DNA of 63,897 bases, filler included, from Chlamydiia bacterium (GCA_903848235.1; 11 parts of 11 records of this genome joined end to end with filler, not necessarily neighbours in it); one strand, 5' to 3'. Shown: positions 42,951-53,340, numbered from the whole stretch's first letter. Program-made: numbers and translations. Notes: a model not told the origin generated them from the letters alone.

Positions 42951-44090
42951 TCTCTTGTTCGGCACCAGGGAGTAACGCCTCCCCGGCCCTCCTCCCCGGT
43001 CGGGGCTTCCCTTAAAACTATGGGGGCATAGTTCCCGTAACTGGGGCGGTCGAAAGTCACTCCCTCCCAGATCATTCTCTACGTAAAATTTCCGTATTTC
43101 TCACAGGATCCCATCACCTTCGAGAAGAAGGTGACGACGACCTTATCGCGGCGGGGAGCTAACCCGCACTCTTGTCGCTTCTGGTGTGTGTTCCTTGTTC
43201 GTTGGGAACACCATATCGCTTACTCCGGTGAGGAGTTGCGTTTTCGTCAGCCGGGAAAGTGTCCCGCCGTTTTGTTAGATTTTGGGGAGATGTTCCCCCC
43301 TCATCTTCTCGAAGGCTGCGAGGGGTTGCCTCGCCCGCAACGTCGGCCATTTTCCCTTGGGACCGGCGTCTACCTCTGGTCACAAAGGGGTCACTGCGGC
43401 CGCAGGGTTGCCCTGGGAGCCCCGTCCCAAGCCAGGGTACTTCTTCTTTTATTTGTCGAGGGGAGGGATCTCTTAAAACAGTCCCTGCAGGAGACCACCT
43501 TGGAATCCCCCTCCCCGTCTTACCCTCTATCTCGTTTCTATCGGTCTTTCAGTCCCATCAGACACAAGGTGCTAGTCACGCTCCGTGCTGATAACGAGTT
43601 GATTTATATGCTTCATTCCGGCATCATTCCGTGCGTATATAGTACATAGCATATTTCCCCTGGGCCCCCCATCTCACTTTGACGGATGGTAGCGAGGCTC
43701 TCCAAGCGGCGACGGGCAGCGCCCGTACACCTGTTCCGTGTGGACTTCCGACAGTCACTGCCACACGCCGATTGAGCTAGGTGGTGATCGCTAGCACTTC
43801 ATGTCGCGGGACTCCATAACCGATAGATGATTGGGGTTCATAAAGAGTGTAGACCAAGATTGTCACAATTCGACAATCTGGTTTCCTAAGCGACTTAAAC
43901 TAGATTCGACTCAACTTAGGCAAGTCTAGAGCTCACACTAAGACATGAATCAACTCAGCAACTAACAACTAACACACCCCCTCATGTCTAAGAGTGAGCG
44001 CACTCCAGACGGCATATAGGTTTAAAGGGGCAAACATAAAGGAAGAACAAATCAATCAATACCCGAGTAACTGTAGACGTAAATCAGTTT

Positions 44091-47000
44091 TCAGCGAAAA
44101 GGATTTAATGAATCAAGAAGAGCAGCAACGCCTGCGTAAACATCTTCATCCGATGATTCAAGTGGCCCATCAGAAGTTTGGCCAGTAAAGGGAGCAAGAG
44201 AACTGCGAATTCCGAAACCGCGTTTGCACGCGTTGTGCTTTGAAGTAGGTAATAATTTTGTAAGGCCATCAGCAAGCATATCAGCTGTCGAAATGTAAGA
44301 CACTGAGATGTTCCTGACACGAACATTGTAACGAACAAAATGATAAATAATTTCAATATGTTTAACAGCGCCATTTGTCAAAGGGTTCTGAGTTAATAAA
44401 ATGGCTGGCTGATTATCCATGTAAATATGTAACGGGCGAGAAGAAACCTGGCAGATATCAAGCAGGGAGGAAATGTAAAGCGCATTCCTGGTTGCAAGAT
44501 TGGCTGCGATATATTCGGACATAGTAGAAGAATTGGCCATAACCGTCTGACGACTCGCTGCCCAGTCAACAATGCCATTCGCTAGAATAAAGGCAACACC
44601 GGACACAGATCGACGATCATCACGATCATTTGCAAAACTCGCATCAGACCATCCAATAGGCACAAGGGATGTGCCAGAATAAACAATGCCATCATTAATT
44701 GTAGAGGAAAGATGGCGTATAACTTCAAGGGCGACGTGCCAATGCTTTGTGGTGGGGCACGCCATATATTTTGCCAGACTGTTAACAGCAAAGGCTAAAT
44801 CCGGCCTTGTGCAGTTCGTAAGATACAGAAGGGCACCAATAAGAGACGCATATTTGTAAATCTTTGTGTCCAATAACGGGGAACCATCGTCGCGCGCCAG
44901 TGACTCCGAGGGATCAATAGGGCAGCAGCGACGGGGGTGCTTATTATCAGCAAAAGGTAAAAATCGATCAACAACTTCTTGCGCGTAAACAGCCTGTGAA
45001 AGCATCAGAGTATGGTTCAGGCGATCGCGCGTAATCTTAAATCCAACAAATTTCTCAGCTTCCCCCATGTCCTTTGATTTGAATAATTTGAGAATATCTT
45101 GAACAGTTTCCTCAAATTCAGGAGAGGCAGTGCCAACAATAAGGCCATCGTCAACATAAAAGGGAACAAGAACTAAACCAGAAGAAATGTATTTGTAGTA
45201 AAGGCTCGGCTCTGCCTCAGACGACCGAAAACCAAGTGAGAGCATGGCCTGGTGCAGTGTTTCGTTCCACGCACGAGGCGCCTGCTTTAATCCATAAAGG
45301 GCTTTATTTAATTTCCAGACCCCATCAGTTTCGGGTCCAATACCAGCAGGGGGGAGAACATAAACCTCCTCATCAAGGACTCCATTCAAAAATGCAGTCT
45401 TAAAATCGATCTGACGAATTTCATATCCACGCGCACACGCAACAGCAAAGATAACTCGAATAGAAGTAAGGCGGGAAACATGAGCAAACGTCTCATCAAA
45501 ATCAATATATTTCTTTTGTTCAAAGCCACGCACTACAAAGCGTGCTTTCAGAGCAGTAATTAAACCATCCGGAGACTCCTTATACGTGTAAACCCAGCGA
45601 CAGGTCATGGGAACTCTACCTGGGGACATCTCGGACCGGGGAATATCAATAAAAACTCCCATTTCAAACAGCGATTTGTATTCTTCTTCCATGGCTAGAA
45701 TCCATCCATCGCAAAATTCATGCTTGCGCATTTTAGCCTCCGAATCAGGAACTGGTTGACACGATGCTACCCTTCGTCCAAGCCACGGGTCAGCGGACCC
45801 AAAAGGAAGGTTAGGATCCGTTCCACCAGGAAGGGCAGAGAAGGCAGAGGGCGATGAAAACAGAGTTTCACTTCCCGATGCGATTGAGATAGGGGAAGTA
45901 GGAATATCAAAAATAGGCAAAGGTGTAACACCCCCTGAGAAGTAGCTCGAGTGTTCTCCTGAAGTCCAGTAATGTGTGCACTCAAAAATATCGTCTTTCA
46001 TTTTTGTAAGCAGCGTTGAAGTTAAAGAGGGGGTAAAATAAACCGAGTAATCAATTTTGCGTCGTTCCGTTGACCGAAGCTGGTGTCCACCAACATTCAC
46101 CCCCTGATCAGCAGGTGAGGGCAACAAGGCAGTGGGAAACACTTTGTCAACAAGTAACGGGGCACTCGGCAGCGGCATCGACCAGGGATCCATTGTCGGG
46201 TGACTCGTGTAAGGCGCATTCGCGAATTCATCAGGGGTGTCATCAATAGTATCAGGCAGCGTGGACATGCCCTGTGTGTTCTTGGGTAAATCCGGAAGTA
46301 AAGTAGAAAATTGTTCATCAGTAAGGTGCTCGCGCAGGGGTGCCGAGGCGTCAAGTAATTCAAACATTTTATTATTGTAATACGGGAATTCATTTTCAAA
46401 AAATCTGCAGTCTGCAGTCCTAATAACGCGGATACGATTGCGGCCAAGTTTGGGATCATAATAAAGAATGCGATATCCCTTGCTGTTTGGTGCATAGCCC
46501 AAAAATACTCCAGAAAAGCTTGTCGAAGGAAGACCATCACTGCTGCGCAGTTTCAAGGCAATAAGTGCAAAAATACGGCAACCAAAAACACGAAGAATAG
46601 ACCCATCAGGTTTGAAGCCAGTAAATAATTCATAGGGGGTCATCTTCGTACGAGAATGAAAAGAAAAATTCTGCACAAAGGCAGCAGTGTTGATAGCCTC
46701 TGCCCAGAGATTCATAGGCAAGCTACTCGCGTACATACCACATCGCGCCTTTTCTTTCAGGGTTCGGATCATACGCTCGGCCGTTCCATTTGCCTCAGAG
46801 TTATAGCCTCCAGTGGTCTGTCGAACAATGCCTTGCGTGATAAAAAATGCATCAAGTTCCTTGTTGAGAAATTCGCCTCCATTGTCTGACCTAAAATTCT
46901 TCACGACATGTCGCTCTCCACCCTCAGATAGCTGGGTGTTGAACAACAAAATCGTGTCCATAAGTGCCTTCGCGGCTTCACTCTTATGCACCAAAAATTT

Positions 47001-48317
47001 AACAACAACATAACCAGAATAAAAATCCGTAATAACCATAAAATAATTGCTCCCACCTATGGAGCGTGGTGTAATAGGGCCAGCCAGGTCACCGCAAATT
47101 AAAGCACCGCGTGCATTAAATTTCAGGCGATCTGCTTGGGGATGTGTGCCCGTAACCATCTTGCAACGCGCACAGGTGATGCAAGGGCACGACCCCTCGG
47201 GGTAAAGAGGGACGGCAAATCCCTTTAATAATCCACCTTTCTCCAATTTTCGCAACGAGTCAGGTGACTGATACAGGAGCCGTGCATGCCAGAGTTTGTA
47301 AAGAATATATAAATCATGATTCGTGGCATTTCGGTAGTCCTCATTCCAACCAGGCGGTAAAAGCGATTTAGGAATTCGAGCGGACACAGGGAGAGCACTA
47401 TAAGCTTGCTGGACCCTTGTCTCAAAAGTAGGGGGAATATACGTTGTTGCCTTTAGTAAATAGGGATTTTTCAGCACCAATTTAATACGGTATAAACCAT
47501 GTACAGTGTCCATGTAGGTTACTCCAATTTCTTTGTCTCCTTTTGTAAGCATGCAATAACCATCCTCGTGATCAGTGTATCGCGTGCGTAATAAATTTTG
47601 TAATTGTCGAATTGATAACAAATCTGTGCCTAGTTTCTTCAAGTACAGCACATCTTTAATAATCAAATTATTTGCCAAGTGCAGGTCCCCAGTACCATCT
47701 GCCAAAATAACTGAATGATCGGCAATGGTAACACCTGGGGCATCTTGGGGTAAGAAAATCCTAAAATTAACTAAAATATCTTTGTTATTTGTCATGCAAC
47801 ATGACGCACCGGTGTCTATAATCGGCTCCCATGTCCATTCTTTTTCAAAATCCTTTCCACCATTTTCTATCGTAATTCTATACTCAGCTGTCGCCCGGAA
47901 AATCGAATGGGCAACAGCTCGACGCGTTTGAAAATCCACCGTACATACTGCACTATATATATTTAGTAAAAATTGACGGCCATTCATATGCGGCCTTGTG
48001 GAAAACACTGGTAACAAGTTGTTAATTCTGTCCAGCAGTTCTTTCTGTAATAATTCAAAACGAGAACCAAGTAGGCCTTTGCGTGCTGCAATAGATAGCT
48101 CACAAAGTGCGTAGTGTTGTACTTGTTCAATATTAAAAACTAATTTCTCCAAGCTAGCCAGCCGAGATCTGTGCTGCACGAGATCTTCCTCGGATGGCAT
48201 AATAAACGAAAAATCAGACGACGGTAAGTCAGGGGTCGCAAAATCAACCTGACCTACAAGGGCAGAGTGAATGACGGGGAAAATCACGCCAGCAGTCTGC
48301 CATTTTAATTCATGTAG
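44091..48317 (-). CDS. Copia-type Pol polyprotein
   Basis: Protease IIDTGAS; integrase GDLAGP/SDNGGEF/NGTAER; RT KARFVVRGF, QIDFKTAFLNG, YVDD; RNase H GWSDASFA, ADGLTK. Confidence 0.95.
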   Translation of the reverse strand, partial: LHELKWQTAGVIFPVIHSALVGQVDFATPDLPSSDFSFIMPSEEDLVQHRSRLASLEKLVFNIEQVQHYALCELSIAARKGLLGSRFELLQKELLDRINNLLPVFSTRPHMNGRQFLLNIYSAVCTVDFQTRRAVAHSIFRATAEYRITIENGGKDFEKEWTWEPIIDTGASCCMTNNKDILVNFRIFLPQDAPGVTIADHSVILADGTGDLHLANNLIIKDVLYLKKLGTDLLSIRQLQNLLRTRYTDHEDGYCMLTKGDKEIGVTYMDTVHGLYRIKLVLKNPYLLKATTYIPPTFETRVQQAYSALPVSARIPKSLLPPGWNEDYRNATNHDLYILYKLWHARLLYQSPDSLRKLEKGGLLKGFAVPLYPEGSCPCITCARCKMVTGTHPQADRLKFNARGALICGDLAGPITPRSIGGSNYFMVITDFYSGYVVVKFLVHKSEAAKALMDTILLFNTQLSEGGERHVVKNFRSDNGGEFLNKELDAFFITQGIVRQTTGGYNSEANGTAERMIRTLKEKARCGMYASSLPMNLWAEAINTAAFVQNFSFHSRTKMTPYELFTGFKPDGSILRVFGCRIFALIALKLRSSDGLPSTSFSGVFLGYAPNSKGYRILYYDPKLGRNRIRVIRTADCRFFENEFPYYNNKMFELLDASAPLREHLTDEQFSTLLPDLPKNTQGMSTLPDTIDDTPDEFANAPYTSHPTMDPWSMPLPSAPLLVDKVFPTALLPSPADQGVNVGGHQLRSTERRKIDYSVYFTPSLTSTLLTKMKDDIFECTHYWTSGEHSSYFSGGVTPLPIFDIPTSPISIASGSETLFSSPSAFSALPGGTDPNLPFGSADPWLGRRVASCQPVPDSEAKMRKHEFCDGWILAMEEEYKSLFEMGVFIDIPRSEMSPGRVPMTCRWVYTYKESPDGLITALKARFVVRGFEQKKYIDFDETFAHVSRLTSIRVIFAVACARGYEIRQIDFKTAFLNGVLDEEVYVLPPAGIGPETDGVWKLNKALYGLKQAPRAWNETLHQAMLSLGFRSSEAEPSLYYKYISSGLVLVPFYVDDGLIVGTASPEFEETVQDILKLFKSKDMGEAEKFVGFKITRDRLNHTLMLSQAVYAQEVVDRFLPFADNKHPRRCCPIDPSESLARDDGSPLLDTKIYKYASLIGALLYLTNCTRPDLAFAVNSLAKYMACPTTKHWHVALEVIRHLSSTINDGIVYSGTSLVPIGWSDASFANDRDDRRSVSGVAFILANGIVDWAASRQTVMANSSTMSEYIAANLATRNALYISSLLDICQVSSRPLHIYMDNQPAILLTQNPLTNGAVKHIEIIYHFVRYNVRVRNISVSYISTADMLADGLTKLLPTSKHNACKRGFGIRSSLAPFTGQTSDGPLESSDEDVYAGVAALLDSLNPFR

Positions 48318-49796
48318 TCATGAGGCCTTGGGGGCCTTGGGACGCCACACTTGCATCGTGCGAGGGCCCCCCTTTTTCTCAACAGGGTGCGAAATCAGCG
48401 AAGGCATCACGTCATCATCATGATAATATTTAAATTTAGGTGAATTCGGTCGTGATGCCATCATTTGTGCCGCCAGTTTTGCGGAATCCAATTCCGACAT
48501 GAGCGAAGGCATTTCATTTTCATAAACATTATGTAGAAAATCATCCGTAAATTGGGCCTCACATGTCGTCCATAATTCAGAAACCGAGTTAATCATAAAC
48601 TGTGAAAGTCGGCGAGGAGCAAAAGTGTCTAGGAGATGCTTGAACGGTTTAATCCCTTCAAAACTCGGCCATGTAATAAATGTGGTAGGTGTGTTAACTT
48701 GTTTGGGGATATTCCAGACTCCAGAGATTGTCGACAACTGAAGGAGACCGGCATTTACTGCGGAGGACCCTGAGTTTAATACACAATTGTAATCTTGGGT
48801 CATCAAGGGGGTCCACAAAACTCCAAAGTCCGCACGATCGCTGCGCAGTTCATCCAATAAATGAAATTTAGTGTCATACTCCTCATCCGAGTGCCTGTAG
48901 GATAAGTAACATAAATCTGTAATATAAGGGTAATATTTGTCTTCAACCATTCCTAAAAGAATGTCCATTCCCTTGAATTCGCGTCCAATAACGTCTGTAA
49001 TAATGAGGGCATTGTCCTTGAGGCGAATTAATTGAATGGGGAAGGGTTTTTCGAGAGTTAATAAATAGGCAATAGCCCCGAGACGATTTGTGGGACCAAG
49101 ATTCGTCTCTCGAAGAGCATCCATAACAATTAATAAATCTGATATGGTTGTCACAGTTTCCATGAAGGTGTTAACATCAAAATCCTGAAACGGCTTCCAG
49201 TTTATAAGTTGTTCCTGGATTTCCAAATCAAAACCATTCACCCCCTTTCGGGGCGTTAAATAACAATTGTCGTATATTTTGTGAATTTTGTCACGCATGC
49301 TTTCAAGTTTCAGTAGCTCCAGAGACTGTTTTATTTTCATATATACCTTTCCGATAGTTATATGAACCTTTTTGGCGGACTCAGGATTTAGAATAAGTCC
49401 CCAATTCGGCCCATCACTTGTATAATCAAATTTCGGAAAATCAGTATGTATGGCTCGTTCGGAGAAAAAGAAGCTCATTCCAGGTGTCATCCAAACAGCA
49501 TGAAGAGTTGCCGAAATATACTTGGATTCTCGAATAATCAATGTGTTTGTAGGGGAATCATAAAAGGTGCCGTTGACCTGGTTCACCGTCTCAATCAAGC
49601 ATTTGCCGAAGGAAAGATGAAGGGGAACAGTCGGCTTTGTGCCCGACGTAACAACAATTTGGCCTTCCAAGTTTTCGAAAATAGTGCACGGCGTAATTAC
49701 GTCTGAAATGGCAACAAGGGCATGGTGATCCCCAGGGTTATCTAGCGTAAAATACTCAGACGTAAAGTCAGAAGCAGAAAGAGGAAGCTCGGGGAC
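48318..49796 (-). CDS. ORF1 (Gag-position protein) of the retrotransposon, 5'-truncated
   Basis: Open from the contig end to TGA 48318 and in frame with pol; ends with QVWRPK. Confidence 0.65.
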   Translation of the reverse strand, partial: VPELPLSASDFTSEYFTLDNPGDHHALVAISDVITPCTIFENLEGQIVVTSGTKPTVPLHLSFGKCLIETVNQVNGTFYDSPTNTLIIRESKYISATLHAVWMTPGMSFFFSERAIHTDFPKFDYTSDGPNWGLILNPESAKKVHITIGKVYMKIKQSLELLKLESMRDKIHKIYDNCYLTPRKGVNGFDLEIQEQLINWKPFQDFDVNTFMETVTTISDLLIVMDALRETNLGPTNRLGAIAYLLTLEKPFPIQLIRLKDNALIITDVIGREFKGMDILLGMVEDKYYPYITDLCYLSYRHSDEEYDTKFHLLDELRSDRADFGVLWTPLMTQDYNCVLNSGSSAVNAGLLQLSTISGVWNIPKQVNTPTTFITWPSFEGIKPFKHLLDTFAPRRLSQFMINSVSELWTTCEAQFTDDFLHNVYENEMPSLMSELDSAKLAAQMMASRPNSPKFKYYHDDDVMPSLISHPVEKKGGPRTMQVWRPKAPKAS

Positions 49797-49897
49797 ANNN
49801 NNNNNNNNNNNNNNNNNNNNNNNNNNNNNNNNNNNNNNNNNTTAATTAATTAANNNNNNNNNNNNNNNNNNNNNNNNNNNNNNNNNNNNNNNNNNNN

Positions 49898-50695
49898 ATG
49901 GAGGATGTTGGTGGGGCGGGTATTGAGGCCGGTATGGGATTGGGTCGAGGATTTATCCATCCACTCGATACGCTGTATGAGAATTCAGGTCGCCTCGTTG
50001 GTTTGGGCCACGATATCTATAACGGTGATTTCTCTAAGTTTTCGAATGTCTCTAGACAAGACATTGCGAACTTTGCTTGTGCGCGGGCTGGGGAAGTGGC
50101 TGGAATGGCAGCTGCTCTTATGCCACTAGGTGAAATGGCAAACGTTGGTCTCCGGTGTGGAATAGCCATAGCAAAGCAAGGGTATGCACGGATTGCGGCT
50201 AAAATAGTTCAGCAGGCGGCGAAAAAAGGAGGAACCTCTTTTGCAGCAAAAGAAACCGCGCTAATTTCTGCTGAGAGATCTGTTGGCATGTCTTTGGCTG
50301 GAAATGAAGCAAGAACAGGGATCGTTACCAATGCCAAGGCCCAAGAAGTTTTACAGAGCGCTCGATCGTCAAGTGGTGAATACGTAAATTTAGCTTCAAA
50401 GTCTAGGACGAATCATATTTTGTATGGAGAAAAATTAGGGTTAGAAAAAGGATCCTATCAAGGCGGACATCTGTATCCAGGGCTCCCTGGAAAAACACGT
50501 TTTCCAACAAACTGGAATAAAGATAAAGTAATGCATGTTGTTTCTGATATTGCCACAGACCCAAAAATTCCTTGGCAAATTGCAAAAAACAATTCCTCGA
50601 GATGCATAGCTGAGGGGGTTAGAGAAGGACAGCGCGTTAGGGTCATTATAGAGCCAAATAAAGAGGGAATCATTTCTGGATTTCCACTGCGATAG
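49898..50695 (+). CDS. Polymorphic (RHS-type) toxin C-terminus with bacterial EndoU nuclease domain
   Basis: NHILYGE...GGHLYPG.PGKT.FP.NW..DK.M..V.DIA...VRVIIEP...IISGFP; 5'-truncated. Confidence 0.85.
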   Translation: MEDVGGAGIEAGMGLGRGFIHPLDTLYENSGRLVGLGHDIYNGDFSKFSNVSRQDIANFACARAGEVAGMAAALMPLGEMANVGLRCGIAIAKQGYARIAAKIVQQAAKKGGTSFAAKETALISAERSVGMSLAGNEARTGIVTNAKAQEVLQSARSSSGEYVNLASKSRTNHILYGEKLGLEKGSYQGGHLYPGLPGKTRFPTNWNKDKVMHVVSDIATDPKIPWQIAKNNSSRCIAEGVREGQRVRVIIEPNKEGIISGFPLR

Positions 50696-50707
50696 AGGGA
50701 ATAAACC

Positions 50708-51241
50708 ATGGAATTAGAACTATTAATTTTTTCTATAAGAGAAGAGGTATGCAAAATTCTTAACAAACAGGATCTTGAGCTGATCGATGAATTTCTTGAT
50801 CGTGATGAATTACATTTAACCATTGAATTTGTCTGCGACAGACTCTTTGATCAAAACCTTGTTATTTCTGAATTTCTTGGAAAAATGCTTAAAGAAGTTT
50901 CAGAAAAATTTGAAATTTCGCCCATACGATCATGGTGTCCTCTCTTGGTAGAAGAATCCGAAAGTCATCAATTAAAGAGGTTATGGGGAGATTCCCCGGA
51001 TTTTGAAACACCAGTAATGGAGATTTTTAACAAGATAAGGCCATCAATCGATCCTGATGGGGCAGCACAAATTGATGAATTTTTTTCTGTTGGAGAACTG
51101 TCATTGGCAATCGATGACATAGTATATTGCCTAATCAATAACAAGATTCCTATATCGAAGAAGGATGTTGATCAGTTGCGCTCAATTTGGCACGATTTAA
51201 GCCATGATCCATCAGAATGGATAGGTTTTAACATTCAATAA
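50708..51241 (+). CDS. Immunity protein with two tandem MafI-like units
   Basis: Directly after the toxin; IDEFLDRDELHLTIEFVC.L / IDEFFSVGELSLAIDDIV.CL repeats. Confidence 0.75.
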   Translation: MELELLIFSIREEVCKILNKQDLELIDEFLDRDELHLTIEFVCDRLFDQNLVISEFLGKMLKEVSEKFEISPIRSWCPLLVEESESHQLKRLWGDSPDFETPVMEIFNKIRPSIDPDGAAQIDEFFSVGELSLAIDDIVYCLINNKIPISKKDVDQLRSIWHDLSHDPSEWIGFNIQ

Positions 51242-51287
51242 ATCAGTTGGCCTTAATAACAAGGTTGTATTTTTGAGGTAACATATC

Positions 51288-51524
51288 ATGCCACTCACTT
51301 ACAAGAGGCATTTTCCAGCCGACTGGCCCGAAGAAAAAATATTGGATTGTGTTACTGAAATAATCACGAATCCTAAAATTCCATGGAAGCAGATAACCGA
51401 GATGGAAGGTCTCATAAGTCGCCCCCCTAAATTTATCGCGGATGGAAAAATCGAAGATAAGGTGATTCGAGTCATCTTTGAACCCGATGATCGATGGATT
51501 TTAACGGCTTATCCATTGAATTGA
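51288..51524 (+). CDS. Small EndoU C-terminal-half-like protein
   Basis: GAGGT RBS; HFPADWPEEKILDCV..I..NP...IRVIFEP....LTAYP; lacks the upstream His motifs. Confidence 0.7.
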   Translation: MPLTYKRHFPADWPEEKILDCVTEIITNPKIPWKQITEMEGLISRPPKFIADGKIEDKVIRVIFEPDDRWILTAYPLN

Positions 51525-51562
51525 GCAGCTTTTGGAAGTACCTTGAGGGGTGATTTCAAGGA

Positions 51563-52358
51563 GTGATGGTTGACTTGGCGCAGTGCGCCCGTGAACGGTA
51601 TCGAACGCCTTGCACCACTTCCTATTGGCAGGAGACAATTCCTCCTGATGGGTATGACAAGGCTGGCAACCTTCTAGAGACAACTGTCCACGACAGTATT
51701 GGAGACGCCAGCTATCGGTATTCATATGACAACCTCTATCAGCTGATCCATGAAGAAGGGGTCTTTTCCGACGACTATTCGTTTGATTCAATTTGCAATC
51801 GGTTGAAGAAAAACGACTCCTCATATCAGGTCAGCTCTCTAAACCAGCTTCTCTCATAGAGCAGCGCGATCTATAGCTACGATAAAAACGGAAATTGTAC
51901 TGAGATTACGAATGGTGACGTTCATCTGACGTTTTTCTATGACGCCCTTGACCGCCTTGTTGAGGTAGAGCGACCGAACACAGTTCCGGTTAGAGTATGT
52001 GTATGACGCATCACATCGCAGGCTTGGCAAGAAAAGGTGTGTGTGGACAGATAATGCTTGGCAGCCTTCTGAAGAGATTTTTTTCATATACTTTGGGAAC
52101 CGAGATGTTGGGGCAGCAGATGAGCAGAATGAGAGTATAGAGTTTCGTGTGTTAGGACGGGGAAAAGGGGCAGAGCTTGGCGCATCGGTCGGAATTGAGA
52201 TCGATGGCGGCGTCTTGTGTCCTATCCATGATCACCGTGGCAACATAACAGCACTTGTAGACACTGCCACACGGCAGGTCCATGAGACATATCGATACTC
52301 AGCATTTGGCGAAGAGCAACTTTTTTGTGCAGCTGGCATAGAATGCGCTTCTGTCCGC
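51563..52358 (+). pseudogene. Frameshifted RHS core fragment
   Basis: YDKAGNL, YSYDNLYQL, YDALDRL, YDASHRRLGK and DHRGNI...YRYSAFGE spread over several frames. Confidence 0.8.
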
Positions 52359-52458
52359 NNNNNNNNNNNNNNNNNNNNNNNNNNNNNNNNNNNNNNNNNN
52401 NNTTAATTAATTAANNNNNNNNNNNNNNNNNNNNNNNNNNNNNNNNNNNNNNNNNNNN

Positions 52459-52920
52459 ACCACGGTGCCCATGGTGCTCATCAGCCGCAAGAAGGCGCCG
52501 ACGCTGGCTAAGCTGGCGCAGAAGCTCAAGATTTCCGCGGAAGGCCTCGAAGCCACAATGAAGCAGTACAACGAGATCACCGCCAAGGGCGAACCCGATC
52601 CACTGGGCAAGATGCAGAAACGCTTCGTGCCGCAGGATACGCCGCCCTTCTATGCCGTGGACTGCTCGCTTCAGGGATTGTCTTTAACCAAGTTCGGCAT
52701 CCCCACGGCTGCGATGACGCTGGGCGGACTTGTGGTGAACCAGGAAACTGGACAGGTCAAGCGGGCAGACGGCTCGTCGATAGATGGCTTGTACGCCGCG
52801 GGTCGCAATGCCATAGGTCTCTGTTCAAACGTCTATTTCGCCAGCGGCACATCCATTGCGGACTGCGTGTTCGCAGGACGTCGCGCCGGCAAGAACGCGG
52901 CCAAGCAGACGGCCAAGTAA
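52459..52920 (+). CDS. FAD-binding dehydrogenase (3-ketosteroid dehydrogenase/flavocytochrome c family), C-terminal fragment
   Basis: TLGGLVVN...IDGLYAAG....YFASGTSIADCVFAGRRAG. Confidence 0.85.
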   Translation, partial: TTVPMVLISRKKAPTLAKLAQKLKISAEGLEATMKQYNEITAKGEPDPLGKMQKRFVPQDTPPFYAVDCSLQGLSLTKFGIPTAAMTLGGLVVNQETGQVKRADGSSIDGLYAAGRNAIGLCSNVYFASGTSIADCVFAGRRAGKNAAKQTAK

Positions 52921-52943
52921 TCGCTTTCACAAAGATGGAATTG

Positions 52944-53340
52944 CGTAGGGGCAGACCTGTGTGTCTGCCCCTACTTTTTTGATCGTCATTCCGGCGAAAG
53001 CCGGAATTCATGTCAGCCATAGCTAATTTTTTGTCATTGCACGACTTGATCGGGCAATCCACGTTCCCTGTCATTCTGAGCAGAACGAAGAATCTCGCCT
53101 ACATTCTGCGATACAAACAACGAGATTGCCACGTCGCCTTCGGGCTACTCGCAATGACATCATTAATGGATCACTCGGTCAAGCCGGATGATGACAGTTG
53201 GTTACCTCTCCCTTGTGGAGAAAGGCTGGAGCCAGCCCTGAGCAAAAGCGAACGGGTGAGGGTGACGCGGCGAAGGTGTTTTTCACCTTCGCGAGCGTGA
53301 AAACCTGCTGCGGGTTTTCACCAAACTCGGGATAAGCAGC
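52944..53340. repeat. Cluster of nested REP/MITE-like palindromes
   Basis: GTAGGGGCAGAC..GTCTGCCCCTAC; GTCATTCCGGCGAAAGCCGGAAT; TGTCATT...AATGACA paired ends. Confidence 0.7.

Larger units (their letters stand above)
43273..49797 (-). mobile_element. Ty1/copia LTR retrotransposon (eukaryotic; 5' part missing, 3' LTR extent tentative)
   Basis: Domain order PR-IN-RT-RH. PPT TGAGGGGGTG at 43975-43984 is followed by TGTTAG; a complementary CTAACA ends at 43273. Confidence 0.85.

Noticed and set aside
43131..43649. ORFs in the putative LTR region as env-like genes
   Set aside because: Short, overlapping in several frames, opposite to the element's strand, and without motifs.
44091..49796. Horizontal transfer of a copia element into the bacterium, or UGA-recoded genetic code
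   Set aside because: The contig has no bacterial flank. Trp is encoded by TGG throughout and there is only one in-frame TGA.
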